Assembly: GCA_003252295.1 (NCBI GenBank)
Contig: QKEV01000007.1
Span: forward strand, 80,139 to 144,138
DNA length: 64,000 nt
Direction: 5' to 3'
Source of the DNA: a bacterium
Lineage (GTDB): Bacteria; Patescibacteriota; Minisyncoccia; Phycocordibacterales; UBA12088
Of the stretch, positions 48,914 to 61,384 are shown one piece after another. Position numbers and translations under genes: made by a program. Under the pieces are notes generated by a model. The model was not told the origin of the DNA and searched no databases. It worked only from the letters and a program-made list of their open reading frames with translations. How positions within the stretch are numbered: position 1 is the stretch's first letter; each line of letters begins with the position of its first letter.

Positions 48914-50683
48914 ATGGATACAAAACTTTACAACATTCGTCACACTCTCTCACACCTCCTTGCTGCTGCAGTACTTGAAATATATCCCGAAGCAAAACCA
49001 ACACTCGGACCTCCGGTTGATAACGGTTTCTACTATGATTTTGATTTTGGCAACGGAGAGAAACCAACACCAAAAGAGCTTGGTCGCATAGAACAGAAAA
49101 TGCGAGAGTTTTTGAAGACTTGGGAGGCAGTATCAGCTGAAGAGGTGAGTAAAGATGACGCATTGTCATTCTTTGAAAAAAATCCATACAAAACAGAGCT
49201 CATTAACGAAATTGCAGAGAAAAAAACACCTATCACCTTTTATCATTCTGGACCTACAGGGGTCACGGCTGAGAACGCACTCTTTACTGATCTATGTGAA
49301 GGAGGTCATGTCGATGCACCAAAGAACGAACTAAGGAATGTAGGTTTTAAACTTGACCGTATTGCTGGTGCCTACTGGAGAGGTGATGAAAAGAACACTA
49401 TGCTCACTCGTATTTACGGACTTGCGTTTGAGACAAAGGAGCAACTTGCTGAGTACGAACACAGTATTGAGGAAGCAAAGAAACGGGACCACCGAAAGCT
49501 CGGTAAGGACCTTGACCTCTTTACCTTCTCTGACCTTGTAGGACCCGGACTTCCACTCTGGACACCACAAGGCACTATACTTCGACATGAACTTGATACG
49601 TTTGTATGGGAGCTTAGACAAAAACACGATTATAGCAGGGTTACTATTCCACACATCACAAAGAAGGATCTTTACCAAACAAGTGGTCACTGGGACAAGT
49701 TTTCAGACGAGCTCTTTAAAGTAATGACCCGTGAAGGTAAGGAATATGCTCTAAAGCCAATGAATTGCCCTCACCACACACAAATCTTTGCTCGTCGTCC
49801 ACACAGCTACAAAGAAATGCCACAACGTTATGCGGAAACTACTATGGTGTATCGTGATGAACAATCAGGTGAGCTTGGTGGTCTCACACGTGTACTCTCT
49901 ATTACACAAGATGATAGTCACGTATTTTGCCGTCGCTCACAGATTAAAGACGAGTTTTATAGAATATGGGACATTGTTGACACACTCTACAGTACCTTTG
50001 ATTTTAAACTGAGAGTTCGACTCTCATTCCATGATCCAGAGCAAATGGAGAAATACCTTGGCGATGAAGCAATATGGAAAGAAGCAGAGGAAGCACTCAC
50101 TGAGATAGCACAGGAACGAAATGCTGATTACTTTGAGGGTGTTGGCGAAGCCGCTATGTATGGACCAAAGCTTGATTTTGTCGCAAAGGACTCACTTGGT
50201 CGAGAACATCAGGTTGCAACTATTCAACTCGACTTTAACCTTCCTGAGCGTTTTGATCTCACCTGTATCAATGAAGCAGGAGAAAAAGAACGCATCGTTA
50301 TGGTACATGCCGCTATTATGGGATCAATAGAACGGTTTACCGCTGTACTCATTGAACACCTTGAAGGTAACTTCCCTCTCTGGCTTGCACCAACACAAAT
50401 CAGAATTCTTCCTATTGCCAAAAACCACAATGAGTATGCACAGAAAGCTTTTGATGCATTCAAAGCAGCAGGTGTTCGAGTTGAACTTGATGGCACCTCA
50501 GAATCATTTGGCAAAAAGGTACGTCGAGCAAAGACCGATAAAATACCGTACTTCATATGTATTGGTGATAAAGAAATCGAGGCTGAAACACTCAAGCTGG
50601 AAAACAGAAAAGGTGAAGCTATTGAGAAACCTTTCACAGAAGCTATCACTTTTGTAACTGAGCAGATCAAGAATCGCACATAA
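48914..50683 (+). CDS. thrS: Threonyl-tRNA synthetase, short form lacking the N-terminal TGS region
   Basis: Editing/second-domain HxxxH (RHTLSHLLAAAV), class II core and C-terminal anticodon-binding domain in 589 aa. Confidence 0.85.
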   Translation: MDTKLYNIRHTLSHLLAAAVLEIYPEAKPTLGPPVDNGFYYDFDFGNGEKPTPKELGRIEQKMREFLKTWEAVSAEEVSKDDALSFFEKNPYKTELINEIAEKKTPITFYHSGPTGVTAENALFTDLCEGGHVDAPKNELRNVGFKLDRIAGAYWRGDEKNTMLTRIYGLAFETKEQLAEYEHSIEEAKKRDHRKLGKDLDLFTFSDLVGPGLPLWTPQGTILRHELDTFVWELRQKHDYSRVTIPHITKKDLYQTSGHWDKFSDELFKVMTREGKEYALKPMNCPHHTQIFARRPHSYKEMPQRYAETTMVYRDEQSGELGGLTRVLSITQDDSHVFCRRSQIKDEFYRIWDIVDTLYSTFDFKLRVRLSFHDPEQMEKYLGDEAIWKEAEEALTEIAQERNADYFEGVGEAAMYGPKLDFVAKDSLGREHQVATIQLDFNLPERFDLTCINEAGEKERIVMVHAAIMGSIERFTAVLIEHLEGNFPLWLAPTQIRILPIAKNHNEYAQKAFDAFKAAGVRVELDGTSESFGKKVRRAKTDKIPYFICIGDKEIEAETLKLENRKGEAIEKPFTEAITFVTEQIKNRT

Positions 50684-50750
50684 AAAAAATCAATGTACAA
50701 AAAAAATACACCGCTCATGGCGGTGTATTTTTTAAGTTCCGTAAATGTGA

Positions 50751-53246
50751 TTATTTTGAATCAAAGTGCTCGAATGCTTTTGCAAGAGCAATCTTTGTGC
50801 CGATACGATTACTTGAGTAGCTGTAGTCAATACACTCCACGAGAATACCCAGTACCTTTTCAAAATCCTCATTAGACCAAGATGCTGTCTTGTACACGAG
50901 GTCCTCGTTAGGTGTACGATTCCCCTCAATACGATCCTTGTATACCTCATCAAGTTCTCGAACCACGAGCGTGATGAAAGCAGCCACATCAACACCGCGT
51001 GTTGTAATGCTGCGCATAAGATCGAACGCCTCCTTCTTTTTTACGAGTACGAGGTAGTCGAGGAATGCTGCCACAAGATTTTGTGACGGCGATCCATTAT
51101 TGTTTTTCTTTGGAGCTCTCTCTGCCTGCTCACGGTGAGCAGGTGCTTGAGGTCGCGGCATATCTGCAACAGGTTGGCTAGTACCATTTCTATGGGTAAG
51201 TGTTTCCTTCATTGCCTTTGGTTCAACACGAAATGGTCGTTGTACCTCCTCTTCCTCAGCGTCTTCTGTTCGAGCAGTAGCCTGTGCAACTGGTTCGGTA
51301 TTTGCTACAGAAACTTGTGCCTCAGCAGTACCCTGTTCAGAAAGAAGTAGCTCAGCACGCTCTTTTGAGAGCAGTATCCAACCATCTTCACGTGGATACT
51401 CAGCCTTAGCTTTCTCAATAAGGTGCGACATAAATGTAGCAACACCCTCTCCAGATGCTATAAGTGTAGCTTGAATAAGTCGGAACGCTTCTGGTGAAAG
51501 AAGAATATTCTCACCATGTGACATTTCCTCAATCTCTGATGGTTCATGACTATTCTGGGAGATAGCCGTTGCACTCACATGTGTGACCTGACTTGCAACC
51601 GGCGCCATCATCTCAACAACACGCGTCCCTTTATCTTGTTCATTTTCAGTATGAGCAAAGACCATACGAATACGCTCTGCCACCTGATAACGTGTCGCAA
51701 AGTAAGCAATAAGTACACTCAACGCAAAGACTCCAGTCCAAAACGTTACCGTTAGAAGCGGTCCCGCCTCAAAACCAGTGTATGGTACCTGATCAAGCGT
51801 AATAGTTCCTCCAGACTTTGTTATAGTTTTACCAAGAATGATGGTTGGATTTGGATCATTGTCGTCGTCATCATCGTCATCATCATCGTCACAATTTAAA
51901 CAACTACCTCCTCCTGTCTTAACAGCAACCGTTGCTGAACAGGTAACTGAGTTACCATCAGCATCAGTAAAGGTTCCTGTATAGGTTGTCTTGTCGTTAA
52001 CAATAACGCTCTTGTTCCCATTCAAAGCAACAGAACCTATACCGTTATCGATCACCGCTGTTACGGCTTCATCACTCGTCCAAGTGATCACAGAGGTGTA
52101 TCCCTTGGTATCTTTTGTTGGTGAAGCACTCATCGTACAAGCAAGTTCCGGCTCGTCCGTATGGTGTCGTACCGTCAATGTTGCCTCACAGGTAAGTGGA
52201 TCACTTCCGTCCGTTGTGTAGAACGTTCCTACGTATGTTGTCGTAGTTGCTGGTGATACCAAACTGGAACCAAGGACATCCAAACCTGTACCGATCTCTG
52301 TAATATCTACAGACGATACAAGGTAACTGTCCCAGCTAATGGTTGAGCTGTCACCATCATATATACTTGTTGGATCTGCACTTAGTTCACACCATGGTTC
52401 ATCCGGTTCCTCTTGTCGTTCAAAAGCAACACAGATAGGTACAACTGAGTTTGGTGAAGAGTTATCCGGGTACACGTGATGTACCACTGCAACTGCAGTT
52501 CCATCTTCAGTAAGCGTAAATGCATCAGTAAAGGTGTCCTTCTCCATTGTCTCAACAACAAAGTCATCAAGCTCGGTTGTAGGACCAACAGATGCTAGTA
52601 CGTCACCGTTCCCGTCACGCACCTCTGTGTCCCATTTTTCATTGAACTGCTCAGAGTATATACGATCAGCATACCCATCCCATGATGCAGTGTATACATT
52701 ATATGTACCTGCTAGTAGGGCTGTATTTGAAACAAGCTCGTAAGGACCGGCACCGTTTGAGAAAAGTGTCGTGTCCCAGTTCTTATCACCGGCACTGTTG
52801 AACTCAACAACAATCGTGTCATCAGAAGCGGTAAACGGGCATGCAGGCACCTTTGGCTCCTCTGGAGGACGTACGGTAACCGTTGCTGAACATTCGTAGT
52901 AGTCAGAGGTGCTCGCCATTGTTGCACGTGCTATGTACGTCGTTGTCTCAGTTGGCGAGACGCTAGTGGAACCTGTAAGACCTGGCCATTCCTCACCTGG
53001 TAGCTGATCAATCGTTACCGTGATAGTGTCAGGATCATCTTCAGGACCCTCAAAAAATTGCCATGCAAGTGTTGATGACTCACCCTGATCGATCACCTCG
53101 GGTGTTGCTGTCATGTCAACACAGTGCCATGCAAGCACACTACTTGGTGCTACCGCTAGCACTCCAAAGAATGCCGCTACGGCCACCATGTATACTGCGC
53201 TCTGTTTTATGTATGCAACCATGATACTTTTTTTATAATTATTCAT
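50751..53246 (-). CDS. Large membrane / cell-surface protein: signal, Thr/Ser-rich extracellular beta-rich region, poly-Asp run, internal sorting-signal-like motif, one TM and a ~330-aa cytoplasmic C-terminal domain
   Basis: CLNCDDDDDDDDDDNDPNP, then VPYTG + hydrophobic LLTVTFWTGVFALSVLIAYF + RYQVAERIR, then a soluble domain. Confidence 0.5.
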   Translation of the reverse strand: MNNYKKSIMVAYIKQSAVYMVAVAAFFGVLAVAPSSVLAWHCVDMTATPEVIDQGESSTLAWQFFEGPEDDPDTITVTIDQLPGEEWPGLTGSTSVSPTETTTYIARATMASTSDYYECSATVTVRPPEEPKVPACPFTASDDTIVVEFNSAGDKNWDTTLFSNGAGPYELVSNTALLAGTYNVYTASWDGYADRIYSEQFNEKWDTEVRDGNGDVLASVGPTTELDDFVVETMEKDTFTDAFTLTEDGTAVAVVHHVYPDNSSPNSVVPICVAFERQEEPDEPWCELSADPTSIYDGDSSTISWDSYLVSSVDITEIGTGLDVLGSSLVSPATTTTYVGTFYTTDGSDPLTCEATLTVRHHTDEPELACTMSASPTKDTKGYTSVITWTSDEAVTAVIDNGIGSVALNGNKSVIVNDKTTYTGTFTDADGNSVTCSATVAVKTGGGSCLNCDDDDDDDDDDNDPNPTIILGKTITKSGGTITLDQVPYTGFEAGPLLTVTFWTGVFALSVLIAYFATRYQVAERIRMVFAHTENEQDKGTRVVEMMAPVASQVTHVSATAISQNSHEPSEIEEMSHGENILLSPEAFRLIQATLIASGEGVATFMSHLIEKAKAEYPREDGWILLSKERAELLLSEQGTAEAQVSVANTEPVAQATARTEDAEEEEVQRPFRVEPKAMKETLTHRNGTSQPVADMPRPQAPAHREQAERAPKKNNNGSPSQNLVAAFLDYLVLVKKKEAFDLMRSITTRGVDVAAFITLVVRELDEVYKDRIEGNRTPNEDLVYKTASWSNEDFEKVLGILVECIDYSYSSNRIGTKIALAKAFEHFDSK

Positions 53247-53278
53247 CGATATAACTTGTAAACTGCTATTAGCTCAAA

Positions 53279-54037
53279 CTAAAGTGCATATTTTGATACT
53301 AATGTTGCGATCACTACCCATCGCTCCTCTTTCGCGCCAAAATTATTGCACGTTACGAGCGTTAGTGATGGCTCACTAGCATCAAAAGATACCTCAGCGT
53401 CACCAGCATCTGAAAGGAACACTTCATTTACTGAGTACACGTACCTGTGTGTAGCAGAGTACACATCGATCGTGTCACCCACACTGAGCTTGTTGAGTTC
53501 ATTGAAGGCCTTGTACGCCTTGTTGTAAACAACAGGTAAATGACTTGAGTGTCCAAATATGAGTACATTTGCATTTTGACCAAGCATTCCTGATCCAGGA
53601 TAGTACACAGCACCACTCAAGAGTGCCGTATCAAGTGAAGCAATGTCTGCTTCTTCTGGAGCAAGTACAACAGTATCAATACCAACATCGGTAGCTACTA
53701 TACGCACCGGCAGCTCGGTTTCAGAAGAATAGACAACGTTTCCCGCAACAGTTGTTGCAGTACTATCAGACGCACCGTCAGTAGCAAGTACCACAGCACC
53801 CACAGTGGATACTGTTTCTACTACTTCATTATTTACGACGAGAGTATCTTCTACAGGAGAAGATACCGTAATGGTTGCTTCTGGGTCGCCTTCAGCGCGA
53901 ATTGTCAGCTCGGGAACAAAGTCGATAGCAAATAGAAAAGTGGCAAATAACACAAAAATGCCAAAGGTCTGAAGGTAAAACACCTTGTAACCAGTAGCAA
54001 CTCCATGTGTATTCTTTTGTGTATTTTGCGCTTCCAT
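53279..54037 (-). CDS. Sortase-family transpeptidase
   Basis: N-terminal TM. Catalytic His (LIFGHSSHL), Cys (LTLVTCNNFG) and Arg (EERWVV). Confidence 0.75.
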   Translation of the reverse strand: MEAQNTQKNTHGVATGYKVFYLQTFGIFVLFATFLFAIDFVPELTIRAEGDPEATITVSSPVEDTLVVNNEVVETVSTVGAVVLATDGASDSTATTVAGNVVYSSETELPVRIVATDVGIDTVVLAPEEADIASLDTALLSGAVYYPGSGMLGQNANVLIFGHSSHLPVVYNKAYKAFNELNKLSVGDTIDVYSATHRYVYSVNEVFLSDAGDAEVSFDASEPSLTLVTCNNFGAKEERWVVIATLVSKYAL

Positions 54038-54107
54038 GTCCTAACGGTTATCACAGCACTACACGTAAAAAATGTGGAGTAATCCTGTGAAAACTATATA
54101 AATTTTT

Positions 54108-54854
54108 TTACTTTGTGTCAATAGTACTAAAACCTGTCCCGTGTACCAACTCAGCGTACAAGATTGAGAGAACTTCGCCAAGTGCACCACGTTTCTTTAC
54201 TACGGAATTTTGTGCTGTGTTACGCATTGACCTTACGGTATAGGTTATCGGAATCCTTCGAATAATAGGCGTATATGCAACTTCTAGTTTAGTAACGGAG
54301 ACCCTTTCCTGCATTTTGCGTGCTTCCAAACGTAACGTATGTAATTCAAGTCGTTCCATTCTCTCTGCATTCTGCATGGCACAACGTTCGCGAAACTCTG
54401 TCACACGTTCACCTGTGTACATTTTTAAGTCTTGGTACGCATTGCCCAAAAATGCATCCAATTCAAGCATGAACTGTACACCCTTTGTGCCAATCATCTT
54501 AAACACTGCAACCCCACGTGAGGTATACTTCTTACACTGCTTACCTAACTTTGCATAATCAACGATCGTCGCTTCCGCACCAGCACTCCTGTAACTTCTA
54601 GGAAGTATTGCACCATTTCTGTAAATACGCGCAAAAGCAACATCCTCATCAACAACATTTCCAGATGTGTTATCAAGATCGATGTGCGTGAACTGATTTA
54701 CCACTGAAGCACTGTGATAGGAATACTTATCTACCTTGCTGGTGAGTGAATCAATAATGAGCTGCGTTTCTCGCATTGGGTTTTGTATTTCAAAGGAATT
54801 TTGAAAATTAGTGACTGCTGTAGCCATATTTTTTATCACATGAATAAAGCTCAT
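54108..54854 (-). CDS. Hypothetical protein
   Basis: 248-aa ORF with no motif recognised. Confidence 0.4.
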   Translation of the reverse strand: MSFIHVIKNMATAVTNFQNSFEIQNPMRETQLIIDSLTSKVDKYSYHSASVVNQFTHIDLDNTSGNVVDEDVAFARIYRNGAILPRSYRSAGAEATIVDYAKLGKQCKKYTSRGVAVFKMIGTKGVQFMLELDAFLGNAYQDLKMYTGERVTEFRERCAMQNAERMERLELHTLRLEARKMQERVSVTKLEVAYTPIIRRIPITYTVRSMRNTAQNSVVKKRGALGEVLSILYAELVHGTGFSTIDTK

Positions 54855-55044
54855 GTATATACCCTTATATTACAATATATTTATATATATGTCAAGTTTC
54901 TGCACTTGTTTCTATTGACATATAAAGTTAAATATGATATTTATATGGTATATTACCAAATATTTTTGGTGCCCCCTGTTCATTAACAAACAGTATGAAA
55001 ATTGCTTCATATTGCTTGTTGACTTGTGGTACCAATATAAAATT

Positions 55045-56124
55045 ATGAATGATTCCAATACACAACGAAGTGAAAAGATAGCAGCAAAAATTTTACGTGT
55101 ACTTGCTGTTATTGGTCTTGTTGCAGTTCTTGCACTCGCTTCATGGGTTATAGTTCGTGGTACTCAATCAGTTCCAGCGGTACGTGAAAGTATGAGCGCA
55201 GCAGTCACTGCGATACAGAGTATCTTTACAAGTGCTCCGGAAGAATCTCTTATCTTTGAACTTGAAGAGAGAACAGTTCCAGTCGGTAAAAAAACTACCC
55301 TTGCATGGAACTACACCGGTGAGACAATGCCAGAATCATACTTGTTTAGCTATACTTGTGGCACAGCTGCTGAACTCACCATGGTTGATAATGAAGGTTG
55401 GCACCTTCTCACATGCGGGGAAAAATACAAGACTAGCGATCAGAGTATTACCGTAACAGCAGCAAACACCAAGACACGTTTTGCAGACCTTGAACTCATG
55501 GTTGCAGCAAATGAACTTACAGACACAACAGTTATCAGTATTGTTAACACTGATATTACTGCAGACACAGAAAGCACAGATACTGCTACAGCTTCTTCAA
55601 ACACCACAACAGAAACGGTAGCAAGTAATACAAACACAAACACTGTACCAACAACTGCTGCACCTATCGCAGTTACTACCCCTACTCAGGGCCAGTCAAC
55701 CCAAACAGTAATACAGCGCACGACAGTACCAGTCTACACTGGACCAGCAGACCTTGTGGTAAATATTGAAGAGACTGGTGTCATTCTTGATGTTGATGGT
55801 GAGGACACTTTTTTCCCTGTTGATGAAATACCTACAGACAAAGTTGCTGGAGTTGTCTTTACTGTTACCAACCGTGGTGGTGAGACATCTGAAATATGGA
55901 CATTTGACGCAACACTACCTATCGAAGGTGATGATGAGTACGAGTACACTTCACCAAAGCAAATGCCACTTGCATCAGGTATGGAGATTAGGTTTACACT
56001 CGGCTTCGATGAACTACTCGAAGAAAATGATGGAAAGATTACTATCGAACTTGACCCAAACAATGATGACGATAAAACATCTAATAACGAAGACTCCGTT
56101 GTTATTGATATAGATGTTAAGTAA
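55045..56124 (+). CDS. Secreted / membrane-anchored Thr-rich protein, hypothetical
   Basis: Start taken at MNDSNTQRSEKIAAKILRVLAVIGLVAVLA (signal anchor). T/A/N-rich linker and C-terminal beta-rich domain. Confidence 0.45.
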   Translation: MNDSNTQRSEKIAAKILRVLAVIGLVAVLALASWVIVRGTQSVPAVRESMSAAVTAIQSIFTSAPEESLIFELEERTVPVGKKTTLAWNYTGETMPESYLFSYTCGTAAELTMVDNEGWHLLTCGEKYKTSDQSITVTAANTKTRFADLELMVAANELTDTTVISIVNTDITADTESTDTATASSNTTTETVASNTNTNTVPTTAAPIAVTTPTQGQSTQTVIQRTTVPVYTGPADLVVNIEETGVILDVDGEDTFFPVDEIPTDKVAGVVFTVTNRGGETSEIWTFDATLPIEGDDEYEYTSPKQMPLASGMEIRFTLGFDELLEENDGKITIELDPNNDDDKTSNNEDSVVIDIDVK

Positions 56125-56198
56125 AAGGAATCACACACGCAAAACAAAAGCGACCAGAACGGTCGCTTTTGTTTTTTTAGATAGAATAAAATACAGTG

Positions 56199-58358
<2,160 letters not shown>

Positions 58359-58451
58359 TTAAGCTGTATTTATGGTCAAAATACTAAGTTTATTGCTTGT
58401 TTATACTATATAAAAAATTGACACATTTCAAAAGTATTATATTATTTAACA

Positions 58452-58676
58452 AGGCATCAAAAAAAATTTTTGAAACTCAAGGGGGGAGCTGACCAGTGTT
58501 TTTGTCACAGCGTAGAATCAGGTGAAGATCCCATAGGCGACTCAATACGACGCATCAAGGGCACTTCTGGATCATGTGGTGATAGTGCCACATTTACCTA
58601 CATGAAGGAAAATGGTTGGTTTCAAGATTAACCCACATCAAGACCTGTCTGCTATCATAGCGGCAGGTCTTTTTTA
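58452..58676 (+). ncRNA. Candidate ~220-nt small RNA with its own promoter and intrinsic terminator
   Basis: TTGACA (58418-58423), 16-nt spacer, TATTAT (58440-58445). No ORF. Terminator hairpin agacctg...caggtct + tttttt at 58641-58676. No + strand gene downstream. Confidence 0.4.
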
Positions 58677-58706
58677 ATGCACACCTATATGAAGACACGA
58701 CCACCC

Positions 58707-60629
58707 TTACCGAACCTCCCAACCTTTCTTTCTGTTGAGCGTATTGGTGACATCCTCCATGATAGCACCAATTTCAACATCGGTAAGTGTCTTTTCTTTT
58801 GATTGGAACACTAGGTGCCATGCATACGAGACCTTCCCATCTTTTTCATACTCATCGAACTGATCATATCGCACCAAGAGCCCTGTTCCCTTTCTGATAA
58901 CCTCAGAGAGCACTTCTTCCGGCTTCACCTCACTTGGTACCCATACCGCTATATCACGCAGTACGTATGGGTATGGTGACCACATTTCAAAACGTGCTTC
59001 AGTATCCCACTGATGTCCAACCCCATACAGTTCTGGCACCTCAAGCGAACTGAGCACACCCTCAAGAGAGATCTCAAGTACACCATCCTCCACCTGCAAT
59101 TTTGGCTGCACTTGAAGAGACTTCATAAGCTCAGTTACGTCCTCTTGCATTGCAGTATCAAGCTTGCTCTGCTTTCCTATAAGCGCCTTTACACCAACAG
59201 CAAGATGCAGCTCTTCACCTTTACTCGTAAATACCGTTCCAACTTCAAAGAGTTTTACTGCATCAAGTGCAAGGAGCGGTGCATTCTGCGTATTGAGTTC
59301 AAGCGCCTGTGTCATACCTGTACGCAATGAAGCACGCATGAAGGATTTGTCAGAAGTAAAAGGGTTAGCTAACTCCACCTCACCTCTATCAAGCATGGTA
59401 TAGGTGAGCACTTCAGAGTAGCCATGCTCTGCAAAGAACTGCTGTATCAGAGTACTTAGGTACAAGTTTTTATTGACCGGTGGTTTTGCTTCAGGTACTT
59501 CGGGCAGTTTTGAAACAATGTTTGCGTAACCATACATGCGCCCGATCTCTTCTATGACAGCTTCTTTGGTGGTGAGATCAGTTCTCTCCCATGGACTCGT
59601 GACTGCAAACTCTTCACCATCAAGTGAGAACTCCCATTCAAAACGAACCAGTATTCCCTCAATATCCTCCTGTGATAGCTCTAAACCAAGCAAGGTGTTT
59701 ATCTCAGTAATGGTCACATCAATCGGGGTGTTCTCAACAACATGTTCATACCCATCTACAACCCCGACAACCTTCCCATTTGCAATATCCTCAATGAGTG
59801 TAAGTACCTCACGCATTGCAAAAGCAGGTAGCTGCACTGGCACCTCATTCTGATAACGAAGGGATGCGTCAGTGTGGAGTTTGATTCTGTTTGATGTTTT
59901 ACGGACTGTTACAGGATCAAAGGTGGCAACCTCTACAACAATGTCTGTCGTCTTTACAGTTACCTCTGCTTGCTTACCACCCTTTATTCCCGCAAGTGCT
60001 AAGGGTATATCGGAAACACCGTCAACAATAAGCTGATCTTTTTCGGTGAGCACGTAGCTATCATTGGTAAGCGTTGTTATCTCCTCTTCATCTTTTGCTA
60101 AACGAACAGCAATTCCCTTTTTACCATCTGCATCTGCTGTGAGTAGATCCATATCAAAAGCATGAATTGGTTGCCCCAGAGAGAACATGACAAAGTTGGT
60201 AGCATCAACTACATTGTTTATTGATTTTTGACCAATGGTTTCTAGGAACGTTTTGAGCCACTCAGGAGATGCACCAATTTCGACACCACGAACAACTCCC
60301 GCCATGTACCGTGAACAGAGATGCTCATCCTCAATCCGGACCTGCACGAGATCTGTACTGTCCCAAACAGGTAAGTTCTCACGTAACGGGTCACGCTTCA
60401 TTGGTACACCCATAATGGTTGCAAGCTCACGAGCAATACCTCGATGTGAGAGACAGTCAGATGACCTGTTTGGAAGCACGTCAACATCAATAACCCAATC
60501 GTCAGCAACCTGTTCAAGTCCTTCTACTTCAAACGCATGACCATTAAAAAGGTCGACGAGTTCTTCTGCTTTCGGCAACTCTTTCTCAAAGTATGTCTGT
60601 AGCCATTTTCTTGAAACCAACATATACAC
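58707..60629 (-). CDS. pheT: Phenylalanyl-tRNA synthetase beta subunit (short form)
   Basis: B3/B4, B5 and catalytic-like domains in 640 aa. Immediately downstream of pheS with a 1-nt overlap. Confidence 0.8.
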   Translation of the reverse strand: MYMLVSRKWLQTYFEKELPKAEELVDLFNGHAFEVEGLEQVADDWVIDVDVLPNRSSDCLSHRGIARELATIMGVPMKRDPLRENLPVWDSTDLVQVRIEDEHLCSRYMAGVVRGVEIGASPEWLKTFLETIGQKSINNVVDATNFVMFSLGQPIHAFDMDLLTADADGKKGIAVRLAKDEEEITTLTNDSYVLTEKDQLIVDGVSDIPLALAGIKGGKQAEVTVKTTDIVVEVATFDPVTVRKTSNRIKLHTDASLRYQNEVPVQLPAFAMREVLTLIEDIANGKVVGVVDGYEHVVENTPIDVTITEINTLLGLELSQEDIEGILVRFEWEFSLDGEEFAVTSPWERTDLTTKEAVIEEIGRMYGYANIVSKLPEVPEAKPPVNKNLYLSTLIQQFFAEHGYSEVLTYTMLDRGEVELANPFTSDKSFMRASLRTGMTQALELNTQNAPLLALDAVKLFEVGTVFTSKGEELHLAVGVKALIGKQSKLDTAMQEDVTELMKSLQVQPKLQVEDGVLEISLEGVLSSLEVPELYGVGHQWDTEARFEMWSPYPYVLRDIAVWVPSEVKPEEVLSEVIRKGTGLLVRYDQFDEYEKDGKVSYAWHLVFQSKEKTLTDVEIGAIMEDVTNTLNRKKGWEVR

Positions 60630-61336
60630 TAAACATTAAATTGATGAGTAAAACGTAAATCGCCCGTATGGAAGTACCGAACATCATCAACCTCAGCACC
60701 GATCATAATGAGTCGTTCAAGACCACCACCAAGAGCAAACCCTGAGTACTCTTCGGGATCAACACCACCAGCACGAAGCACGTTTGGATGTATCATACCA
60801 GCACCTAAAACTTCAACCCATTCTTTCGTACCATCTTTTTTGCGGAGGAGCATATCTACCTCAACCCCAGGCTCAACGAAAGGAAAGTAGCCAGGTCGAA
60901 AACGTATCGTAATATCACGCCCATAAAACTCTGAAAAGAAGTGCTCCAGTACACCCTTAAGGTGAGCAAGGGATACTTCCTTATCAATGTACATAGCTTC
61001 AACCTGGTAGAACTGTGCCTCATGTGTCGCATCAGTCGTCTCATTTCTAAACACACGTCCAGCGGTCACCATACGTATCGGCGGAGTATGTTCCTCCATG
61101 TGACGCACTTGCACATTGCTCGTGTGTGTACGCAGTACCGTCTCTTCACGACCCTTTATCCAAAAGGTGTCCTGCATATCACGAGCAGGATGATCACGTG
61201 GCACATTGAGTGCATCAAAGTTGTAGTACTCACTCTCAACAAGTGGTCCATCAACAAACGTAAACCCCAGGTTAGTAAAAATATCTTGTATTCTTGAAAT
61301 TGCTGCTGATATAGGATGTATGTGACCTTTTTTCAT
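60629..61336 (-). CDS. pheS: Phenylalanyl-tRNA synthetase alpha subunit (short form)
   Basis: FDALNVPRDHPARDMQDTFWI, class II motifs 2 and 3. 235 aa. Confidence 0.85.
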   Translation of the reverse strand: MKKGHIHPISAAISRIQDIFTNLGFTFVDGPLVESEYYNFDALNVPRDHPARDMQDTFWIKGREETVLRTHTSNVQVRHMEEHTPPIRMVTAGRVFRNETTDATHEAQFYQVEAMYIDKEVSLAHLKGVLEHFFSEFYGRDITIRFRPGYFPFVEPGVEVDMLLRKKDGTKEWVEVLGAGMIHPNVLRAGGVDPEEYSGFALGGGLERLIMIGAEVDDVRYFHTGDLRFTHQFNV

Positions 61337-61384
61337 ATTTTCGCAGTATACGCCAAAGCTAGGTACTTATAAAGTACCTATACC

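Noticed and set aside
51840-51900. Triplet repeat gtcgtcgtcatcatcgtcatcatcatcgtc as a possible CRISPR or microsatellite feature
   Set aside because: It encodes the in-frame poly-Asp run of the 831-aa protein. There is no spacer/repeat architecture.
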